Below are positions 56,837-64,000 of a stretch of DNA of 64,000 nt, piece by piece. Position 1 is the stretch's first letter, and each line of letters starts with the position of its first letter. Below the pieces are notes generated by a model that had not been told where the DNA came from, made no database searches, and was given only the letters and a program-made list of their open reading frames with translations. The translations under genes were made by a program, and so were the position numbers. Source of the DNA: Thermodesulfobacteriota bacterium. Its GTDB lineage: Bacteria > Desulfobacterota_D > UBA1144 > Nemesobacterales > Nemesobacteraceae. Location: contig OZ241855.1 of assembly GCA_965202785.1 (NCBI GenBank), positions 896,001 through 960,000 of the forward strand. Reading direction: 5' to 3'.

Positions 56837-57460
56837 ATGAAAAAGTATCTTGTCGAATTCATAGGAACTTTCTTTCTCGTCTTCACTATAGGGAATGTCG
56901 TTATCGCTCCCGGTGCCGGGCTTTTCGCGCCCCTGGCCATAGGAGCAGTGCTCACCGCGCTGATTTACGCCGGGGGACACATCTCGGGAGCTCACTATAA
57001 CCCGGCCGTGACGATGGCGTTCTGGTTCAGGGGAAAAATAAACTCGGGTGATGTCTTTCCCTATATGGTGACGCAGGTTGTTGCGGGCGTCCTAGCTGCC
57101 TTGGCCGTTCTGCTTGTAAAGGGAGCCCCGGAGATCTCGCCCATGGAGATATCTCCCCTGCCGGCTCTCATTGCGGAAGCGCTTTTTACCTTCGCGCTCT
57201 GCATGGTAATACTCGAAGTCGCGACCTCGAAGGCGACACAAGGCAATTCCTATTACGGCATCGCCATAGGATTCGTGGTCATGGCAGGGACGTACGCAGT
57301 CGGGAATATCTCGGGGGGAGTTTTCAATCCCGCGGTGGCGGTTGGGATAATCATGATGGGAATCGTGAATCCCTCCTCCATATGGATTTACCTGTGTGCG
57401 AATTTTATTGGAGGCTTTTTCGCGCCGGCGATCTACAGGCTTATTCACCCAGACGAGTGA
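56837..57460 (+). CDS. Aquaporin/MIP family channel
   Basis: EFIGTFFL, HISGAHYNPAV, SGGVFNPAV. Confidence 0.95.
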   Translation: MKKYLVEFIGTFFLVFTIGNVVIAPGAGLFAPLAIGAVLTALIYAGGHISGAHYNPAVTMAFWFRGKINSGDVFPYMVTQVVAGVLAALAVLLVKGAPEISPMEISPLPALIAEALFTFALCMVILEVATSKATQGNSYYGIAIGFVVMAGTYAVGNISGGVFNPAVAVGIIMMGIVNPSSIWIYLCANFIGGFFAPAIYRLIHPDE

Positions 57461-57492
57461 CTTCGCGGCACAAAGCGTATGGACTGCGTAGG

Positions 57493-58272
57493 ATGAATTT
57501 TAAGAAGCTTGGAAACACGGAAATTCTCGTTCCCGAGATCGGACTCGGCACGTGGAACTACAAGGGAGGAGTGGAACCTCTGAGGGCGGGCATCAAGCTT
57601 GGGGCTTCGCTTATAGACACCGCCGAGGGGTACTACACGGAGGATATAGTCGGCGAGGCCGTGCGGCCCTTCAGGGACGAGGTCATTATAGCGACCAAGG
57701 TTTCGGGAAGGAACTTGGCTCACGACAGCATTCTTAGATCCTGCGAGGCGAGTCTTGAGAAGCTTGGAACGGACTGCATAGATCTTTACCAGATACACTG
57801 GCCGAATCCCGCCTATCCCATAGAAGGGACAATGAGGGCGCTTGAGAAACTGGTTGACCGCGGATGCGTGAGCTACGTCGGGGTGAGCAATTTTTCCGCG
57901 AGGCAGATGCGCGAGGCCCAGCACTATTTTCCCAACTACCCCATAGTCTCAAATCAGGTGCTCTACAACCTCAGATCAAGGGACATAGAAAAAGAGCTGC
58001 TTCCCTACTGCCTGGATAACGGTGTAACCGTAATGGCCTACACCCCGCTTGACGCCGGAAGGCTCTGCCGCCCCGTGGGCAGGGTTTTGTCCCAGATAGC
58101 GGCCGAGACCGGGAAGACGGAGGCACAGGTCGCTCTTAACTGGTGCGTTTGCCGGGAGAACGTAATCGCCATTCCCAAGGCGGATTCGGTGGCGAGAACG
58201 GTCGAGAACTGCGGGGGCTCGGGATGGAGACTTTCCCCGGAGCAGTTGCGCATGCTCGATGAGAGATTCTGA
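57493..58272 (+). CDS. Aldo/keto reductase
   Basis: IGLGTW, IDTAEGY, IATKV, DLYQIHWP, VGVSNF, AIPK. Confidence 0.93.
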   Translation: MNFKKLGNTEILVPEIGLGTWNYKGGVEPLRAGIKLGASLIDTAEGYYTEDIVGEAVRPFRDEVIIATKVSGRNLAHDSILRSCEASLEKLGTDCIDLYQIHWPNPAYPIEGTMRALEKLVDRGCVSYVGVSNFSARQMREAQHYFPNYPIVSNQVLYNLRSRDIEKELLPYCLDNGVTVMAYTPLDAGRLCRPVGRVLSQIAAETGKTEAQVALNWCVCRENVIAIPKADSVARTVENCGGSGWRLSPEQLRMLDERF

Positions 58273-58346
58273 AGTTTCGTTTTTACGGTCCCATTATGTG
58301 ATATACTTAGCAGGTTGAACACGGAATAAGAGGAGGAGAGTGTGCG

Positions 58347-59672
58347 ATGAGTTTAAAAAAAACGCTTTCACTTTTGGTTTTCTTTTTTGTTTTAGCTTTC
58401 TTTTCTTTTACCGACCCCGCTTCGGCGAGCGAACTTGATACGGGCGATACCGCTTGGATACTGATTTCAACCGGGCTTGTTCTTTTCATGATGATTCCCG
58501 GACTTGCGCTTTTCTACGGAGGGCTGGTCGGCAAAAAGAATGTTCTTTCGGTGCTGATGCAGTGCTTTTCCATTACCGCTGTAGTGACGATTATATGGAC
58601 GTTTTTCGGCTACAGCATGGCTTTTGACACCACCGGTATGGTAGCGGGAGAGCTTGGGGTAAATGCCTTTGTGGGAGGTTTCTCAAAGGCATTTCTACAT
58701 GGGGTGAGCCTCGATACTCTTTCGGGAACGATTCCGGAAGTACTGTTCTTCGCCTTCCAGCTTACTTTTGCAATCATTACCCCGGGACTTATAATCGGGG
58801 CGTTTGCGGAGAGAATGAAGTTCTCGGCCATGCTTCTGTTCAGCGCTCTGTGGGTGATATTCTGCTACTTCCCGATCGCGCATATGGTCTGGGGAGGAGA
58901 GGGTTCCTACCTGGGGGATATGGGAGTGATTGACTTTGCAGGCGGAATAGTCGTCCATATCACAGCGGGTACCGCGGCCCTTGTGGCAGCGATACTGGTC
59001 GGGGCCAGGAGGGGCTACCCCAGACAACTTCCGCTTCCGCACAACCTCACTCTTACAATGATAGGAACCGCAATGCTCTGGGTTGGATGGTTCGGGTTCA
59101 ATGGAGGAAGCGCTCTTGCGGCGGGGGGACAGGCGGCCATGGCGGTCGTCGTGACCCAGATTTCCCCGTGCGTTGCCGCTCTTACTTGGATATTCTTGGA
59201 AAGCGTGAGATCGGGCAAGCCGAGTGCTCTGGGTTTTGCGACTGGGGCCATCGCTGGTCTTGCGGCGATAACTCCCGCCTCGGGCACCGTGGGACCGATT
59301 GGAGCCATAGTAATAGGATGCGCGTCTTCCGTGCTTGCCTACATAGCGGCCACATACGTCAAGTTCCGTTTCAGGTATGACGACGCGCTTGACGTTGTGG
59401 GAGTCCACGGAGTCGGAGGCCTTGTCGGAATTATACTGGTTGCAATCTTCGCGTCGACGTCTTACGGCGGGTCGATCGCGGACCTAGACATAGGTGCGCA
59501 GCTCGGCATACAGGTCTACGGAGGCATATTCGCAGTCGTTTACACCGCTATAGTAAGCTATATAGTGCTCAAGATTGTTGACATGCTCGTAGGACTCAGG
59601 GTTGATGAGGATGGAGAGAGCCAGGGTCTTGACATAACGGATCACGGAGAAGAGGGCTACCACGGCATCTAG
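58347..59672 (+). CDS. amtB: Ammonium transporter (Amt family), copy 2
   Basis: GDTAW, PGLALFYGG, FQLTFAIITP, DFAGGIVVH, GWFGFNGGS, DDALDV.GVHGVGG. Confidence 0.97.
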   Translation: MSLKKTLSLLVFFFVLAFFSFTDPASASELDTGDTAWILISTGLVLFMMIPGLALFYGGLVGKKNVLSVLMQCFSITAVVTIIWTFFGYSMAFDTTGMVAGELGVNAFVGGFSKAFLHGVSLDTLSGTIPEVLFFAFQLTFAIITPGLIIGAFAERMKFSAMLLFSALWVIFCYFPIAHMVWGGEGSYLGDMGVIDFAGGIVVHITAGTAALVAAILVGARRGYPRQLPLPHNLTLTMIGTAMLWVGWFGFNGGSALAAGGQAAMAVVVTQISPCVAALTWIFLESVRSGKPSALGFATGAIAGLAAITPASGTVGPIGAIVIGCASSVLAYIAATYVKFRFRYDDALDVVGVHGVGGLVGIILVAIFASTSYGGSIADLDIGAQLGIQVYGGIFAVVYTAIVSYIVLKIVDMLVGLRVDEDGESQGLDITDHGEEGYHGI

Positions 59673-59708
59673 AGTGGGGGTGGAGACCTGCGCTCGCATG
59701 GTTTATGT

Positions 59709-59939
59709 ATGAGCCCTTCTGCACGGGAAACTATGGTCTGTTCCTGCGGCTACTCCGTCGGGGACCCTTGGGTGGTTCCGAAGCAGAGGTACTCTTTTTT
59801 CGGCTGGTTCGTGATGAGTTGCGGGATAAGCTACCCGCCGAGGCGGATCAACATAGAGTGTGACCGTTGCGGGGAGGTCTTCGATGTGATCGAGGGAGAC
59901 AGAAAATTCCTTGAGGAGTATATGCTCCGCAACCGCTGA
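59709..59939 (+). CDS. Small Cys-rich protein (CxC...CxxC around a hydrophobic patch)
   Basis: Fills the gap between amt and the DUF151 gene exactly; VCSCG and ECDRCG. Confidence 0.7.
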   Translation: MSPSARETMVCSCGYSVGDPWVVPKQRYSFFGWFVMSCGISYPPRRINIECDRCGEVFDVIEGDRKFLEEYMLRNR

Positions 59940-60416
59940 TCACATCTTGTACTTGCCGAAATCCTCATCCGGTATGTCTTCCAGGACATCGCCTGCGCTT
60001 TGGCCCTTGTCCCCGACTTTTACGCTGAGAGCGGCTTTTATCACCTCTTCGTCAACCATGATGCGACACCCGGTCCTGAGCGCTATCGCTATGGCGTCGC
60101 TCGGGCGGGAATCCACAAGGAGTTCCTCTCCGTCTTTCTTGATGCGAAGGCGGGCGTAAAAGGTGTTTTCCCGAAGTTCCGTGATCTCTATTTCAATGAC
60201 TTCGTAGCCGGTGGCGGCGATTACGTTTTTCAGAAGATCGTGGGTGAGGGGTCTCGGTCTCGGGGTTTTTTTGATCTCCATTGCTATTGCGCTTGCCTCC
60301 TCGAATCCTATCCAAAGCGGAAGACTCCTTTCCCCTTCCTCTTCATTCAGAATGACGACGGGCATATCGGTAAAAGGGTCGGCGACTATGCAGGAAACTT
60401 TCATTTCAAGAAACAT
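59940..60416 (-). CDS. Bifunctional nuclease family protein (DUF151)
   Basis: LPLWIG..EA.AI, RPLTHDLL, FYA, DSRPSDAIAIALR. Confidence 0.93.
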   Translation of the reverse strand: MFLEMKVSCIVADPFTDMPVVILNEEEGERSLPLWIGFEEASAIAMEIKKTPRPRPLTHDLLKNVIAATGYEVIEIEITELRENTFYARLRIKKDGEELLVDSRPSDAIAIALRTGCRIMVDEEVIKAALSVKVGDKGQSAGDVLEDIPDEDFGKYKM

Positions 60417-60434
60417 TTTTTCTCCCTCCCTGTG

Positions 60435-61745
60435 CTAATTCAGATATTGTCCTCTAAGCGAATTCGCAAGTCCTTCAGTTATCCTTACGTCCACCATTTT
60501 TCCGATAAGCTCTTTTTCTCCGGGGAAATTCACTATCCTGTTATGCTCGGTTCTCCCGGAAAGCCACGAGGAGTCGTTTCTGCTCGCATCCTCAACCAGC
60601 ACCTGCTCGAATTTGCCTATTCTCCGCGCGTTCTTCAAAAGAGTAATTGCCCGCTGGCATTCCTGAAGGCGCGTGAGCCTCTGGCCTGCAGTCGAATCTT
60701 CCACCCTTTCTCCAGATCTCCAAAGATCCTCCCCCACCGTTCCGGGGCGTGGTGAGTATTTAAACGAAAAGGAACTGTCAAACCCCACTTTCTCGACGAG
60801 GCTCATCGTCTCCTCAAAGTCATCTTCTGTTTCCCCGGGGAACCCTACTATTATATCAGAGGACACGGCTATGTCCGGCATGGCGTCCCTGAGCCTGTTA
60901 ACTGAATCTATGTACCAGTTCCTTGTGTAGGTCCTGTTCATGAGCCTCAGCACCTTGTCAGAGCCCGACTGCACGGGCAGATGAATGTGACGGCATACCT
61001 TGGGCACGTCTGCCATTGCCTCCACCATTTTTTTCGTTATGTCTCTCGGATAAGAGGTCGTGAACCTTATTCTCTCAAGACCGTCAAGCTCCCCGAGCAC
61101 CCGAAGCAGGTCCCCGAACTTAAGCCCGCCGAGCTTCCACGAATTCACCGTCTGTCCTATGAGGGTTATTTCTTTCACTCCCTTTGCGATAAGGTAGCGC
61201 GCTTCGGCGATTATGTCCTCGAGGGGCCTGTTAACCTCGGAGCCCCTTACCGTGGGCACTATGCAGTAAGCGCACTTTTTATTGCATCCCTGCTGAATGG
61301 AGACAAACGCCGTGGGTTTTCCCTCCTGGTGGTAGGGAAGGACATCGAAGGGTTCCTGAACGTCAAAGGACGTTTCGACGGGCCTTGATTTCTTTTCCTT
61401 TATCTCTTCTATAAGCCGCGGAAGTTCCGGAATCGCGCGGGGTCCGAGCACGAAATCAAGATGCGGCATTCTGCGGATGAGATCCTCTCCGTAGAGCTGC
61501 GCCACGCACCCTGACACCCCGACTATAAGCTCCGGGTTCTTTGCCTTGAGGTGCTTGAAGCGCCCGAGGCTGCTGAGGGCCTTCTGGTCGGCCTTTTCCC
61601 TTATGGCGCACGTGTTTACGATGACTATGTCGGCCTCTTTGGGGTTTTCGGTGATACTGGCGCCGAGGGCGTTCTGTATCCTGTCCGAGTCATACTCGTT
61701 CATCTGGCAACCGTAGGTTTCAAGGTAAAGGGTATTGGTCTTCAT
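60435..61745 (-). CDS. miaB: tRNA-2-methylthio-N6-dimethylallyladenosine synthase
   Basis: TYGCQMNEYDS, NTCAIREKA, GCNKKCAYC (radical SAM), IVGFPGET, TRAM domain. Confidence 0.97.
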   Translation of the reverse strand: MKTNTLYLETYGCQMNEYDSDRIQNALGASITENPKEADIVIVNTCAIREKADQKALSSLGRFKHLKAKNPELIVGVSGCVAQLYGEDLIRRMPHLDFVLGPRAIPELPRLIEEIKEKKSRPVETSFDVQEPFDVLPYHQEGKPTAFVSIQQGCNKKCAYCIVPTVRGSEVNRPLEDIIAEARYLIAKGVKEITLIGQTVNSWKLGGLKFGDLLRVLGELDGLERIRFTTSYPRDITKKMVEAMADVPKVCRHIHLPVQSGSDKVLRLMNRTYTRNWYIDSVNRLRDAMPDIAVSSDIIVGFPGETEDDFEETMSLVEKVGFDSSFSFKYSPRPGTVGEDLWRSGERVEDSTAGQRLTRLQECQRAITLLKNARRIGKFEQVLVEDASRNDSSWLSGRTEHNRIVNFPGEKELIGKMVDVRITEGLANSLRGQYLN

Positions 61746-62002
61746 GGTTAAAGGAAATCCTAACGCATGGGAATATAAGTATCAAGAAAGGCGAGATGAG
61801 CTTTTCTAAAAGAAAATTCCAGCAGCGTCAGCCTCGATTGCTTTTACCCTGCCTGTTGCGGATATAACGAAAAGGATCAAATGGCAAAATCATTTTTTCA
61901 GTTACATCAATATCGGGAAAACGGTACTTACATATGAAGAGGTTATCGGCATATTTAACTTGTCTATAATTGCAAAGAAATTTATAGTTAGTTTTAATTT
62001 AT

Positions 62003-62031
62003 TTGACACTTTTTTGTAGATTTAGTAGATT
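62003..62031 (+). promoter_or_regulatory. Sigma70-type promoter of the symporter operon
   Basis: TTGACA-17 bp-TAGATT in an AT-rich intergenic region. Confidence 0.6.
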
Positions 62032-62075
62032 GGCTTCTTCAGAAGCTAACGTTAATAGGCAGTTGTGTTTCAGAC

Positions 62076-62282
62076 ATGAATAATAGAAATCGATGGATAT
62101 TCTTTGGGGTGGCGGTATCTATTTTGGCAGCGGTGTCTTTTACTCCTTTGGTAATCCCCTATGGAGTGGCGGAGCCATATTTTCTGGGACTCCCTAGGAC
62201 TCTCTGGGCTGGGTTGGGAATATCACTTTCCATATATGTGCTGCTCGTTTTGGCAATGCTTACGTCCGGTGACCAAGGGTAG
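62076..62282 (+). CDS. Small 2-TM accessory subunit of the solute symporter (DUF3311-like)
   Basis: 68 aa, two TM segments with an EPYFLGLP..LW linker, directly upstream of an SSS gene. Confidence 0.75.
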   Translation: MNNRNRWIFFGVAVSILAAVSFTPLVIPYGVAEPYFLGLPRTLWAGLGISLSIYVLLVLAMLTSGDQG

Positions 62283-62310
62283 CCTGCTTATATAAGAGGA
62301 AAAAATAGAC

Positions 62311-63750
62311 ATGAACAGGGGAATGGCATTTGTTGCAGTTGCACTGGTATATCTTGCAGTGTTGATATCCCTCGCTGTCATAGGAAACAGGAAAAACAAA
62401 GGGGATGAGTACCAATTCCTTCTTGCGGGCGGCAGTCTTGGAACTATAATTGGCTTCTTAACCTTTTTTGCTACCCTCTACAGTACATTCATATTGATAG
62501 GGATGCCCAATTTTTTCCGCGTACACGGCGTGGGAACGTGGATATTCCTTGGCGTTACCGATATGGCTTTAGCCGTTTTCACGCTTTGGCTCTCACTCAA
62601 ATTAAGGGAAAGGATCTCTTCAACGGATTTTCGGAGCATATCGGATCTGCTACGTGAAACTTTTAGTACCCGTGGAGTTTTCGTGTATGTTCTGGGCCTC
62701 GTCATATTTCTCGTTCCCTACATAGCAATTCAAATAAAAGGAGCGTCGGGCATTCTAGCCCACATTGTCCCCTATGAAGTTCCCCAGTGGGGTTGGGCTG
62801 TCATTATACTGTTTCTTATGTATCTGTACTCTTCCATAGGAGGGCTCAGAGGCATTATGTACTGTGATTCACTCCAGGGAGTTGTACTGTTTACCGTTAT
62901 ATGGATAATGGCATTTATTGTTTTGGATAACTTTGGAGGTATTGGAAAGTTAGTTCAGGCCGTGGCGGAGGAGGAACCTGCGCTGTTATCTACTCCCGGC
63001 CCCAAGGGGTTGTTGTCGGTTCAGTGGCTTATTGCGGGGTTTATATCAATTGTGCTGCTACCTGTGTCTCAACCTCAGTTGACCTCTAGGCTCAGCATCC
63101 TGAAGGGTTTGAACGAGAGACGCAAAATTCCGGTTTTGCACGCGTCTTTCACCTTCCTGCTTCTGATAGCAGGGCTTATAATTGGTTTATACGGTGCAAT
63201 TGCAATACCGGCTAAAACGGGTCCGGAGTTCATTGGCAAACTGATACTTGAACAGAATCCTGTTATAGGTGCCGTTGCCTTGATAGGCATTCTGGCGGCA
63301 GCCATGTCCACATCTGACTCTCAGTTTTTCGCTCTTGGATCTGAGATTAACAATGCTCTTGGCAGGTTTAGCAGGAAGCTAAAAGTATCTCCCATTGTTT
63401 TTGTGAAGCTGGTTATATTGGTATTTTGCATAGCCTCTTTCATTGTTGCTATGAAGAGTTCTCAGGGAATCATATCTCTTGCTGTGGCGGGATTCATGGG
63501 TACTGCCCTCATGGCACCTATGGTTCTTACCGCAATTCTATGCAAGGGAAGAAGCTTCAATTCCGTAATCCCGGTTGTTACAGTTATCAGCCTGATTGTG
63601 TTCTTACTGTCGCTTTTCGGGCTCGTACCGAAAATGATAATGGGTTTACGCATAGATCTGATACTGCTCGCCATCAATACGCTGGTTACGATTTCAGTGG
63701 TTTTAATCGAACTGAAAAAAACGAATAAAGCATTCCAGCAGATGTCTTGA
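62311..63750 (+). CDS. Sodium:solute symporter family protein
   Basis: FLLAGGSLG, ATLYSTF..IG.P, YS.IGGLRG, D.LQG, AAAMSTSDSQ; multiple TM helices. Confidence 0.92.
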   Translation: MNRGMAFVAVALVYLAVLISLAVIGNRKNKGDEYQFLLAGGSLGTIIGFLTFFATLYSTFILIGMPNFFRVHGVGTWIFLGVTDMALAVFTLWLSLKLRERISSTDFRSISDLLRETFSTRGVFVYVLGLVIFLVPYIAIQIKGASGILAHIVPYEVPQWGWAVIILFLMYLYSSIGGLRGIMYCDSLQGVVLFTVIWIMAFIVLDNFGGIGKLVQAVAEEEPALLSTPGPKGLLSVQWLIAGFISIVLLPVSQPQLTSRLSILKGLNERRKIPVLHASFTFLLLIAGLIIGLYGAIAIPAKTGPEFIGKLILEQNPVIGAVALIGILAAAMSTSDSQFFALGSEINNALGRFSRKLKVSPIVFVKLVILVFCIASFIVAMKSSQGIISLAVAGFMGTALMAPMVLTAILCKGRSFNSVIPVVTVISLIVFLLSLFGLVPKMIMGLRIDLILLAINTLVTISVVLIELKKTNKAFQQMS

Positions 63751-64000
63751 GGCCGTGGATTATTAAAGGGCTGTCCCGCCTGAATTCCTCCTTTCAATGC
63801 GGACCTCCAGCAATTTTCACGCTGGCTCAGTACTGTTTGTATAGCTTTATAATCTGAAAAGTATTCTCAAAATCATTTAAAATATACTTGGATGATTGAG
63901 TTAAAAAGCTTCCTGGACTTGACATATAGCGGCTTTTGATTTTTTGCATCTCATGCGCGAAAAAATTCTTGAGCTTTCCGAATCCTTTCCCTCCACAACC

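Overview
Gene-dense bacterial chromosome segment, mostly housekeeping, with several small AT-richer accessory patches. The gene content and style suggest a Gram-negative, deltaproteobacteria-like lineage such as Ca. Dadabacteria, but this is inference only. Core genes: argG, queA, aroC, prfB (programmed +1 frameshift), nadK, fmt, rnr, a DinG helicase, a nitrite/sulfite reductase, rpiA, pgi, tkt, folate genes with hpt, pepF, aguA/aguB, miaB, two ammonium transporters, and tRNA-Phe(GAA) and tRNA-Ser(CGA). Accessory patches: a DUF1214-sulfotransferase-SDR-SDR cluster, a tRNA-Ser-adjacent Fic/SigZ/GST islet, an AAA-DUF4143 gene inside the folate cluster, a second Fic gene behind an AT-rich repeat array, and a sodium:solute symporter. 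The most striking observation is a full-length RAYT/Y1 transposase homologue (43083-43925) whose HUH and catalytic Tyr residues are replaced while its fold and C-terminal HTH are kept. It sits behind a perfect TTGACA-17-TATAAT, probably leaderless, promoter overlapped by a single REP-like motif, so it is a candidate domesticated transposase-derived regulator. Other leads are a structured 3' UTR (candidate sRNA) after a sigma54/NtrC-controlled amt-porin operon, a probable CTG start for hpt, an ABC exporter subunit missing much of its helical subdomain, and an XRE-membrane sensor-lipoprotein-orphan PilM operon. No CRISPR array, rRNA or prophage was seen. All family calls come from motif recognition by eye; no database searches were run.
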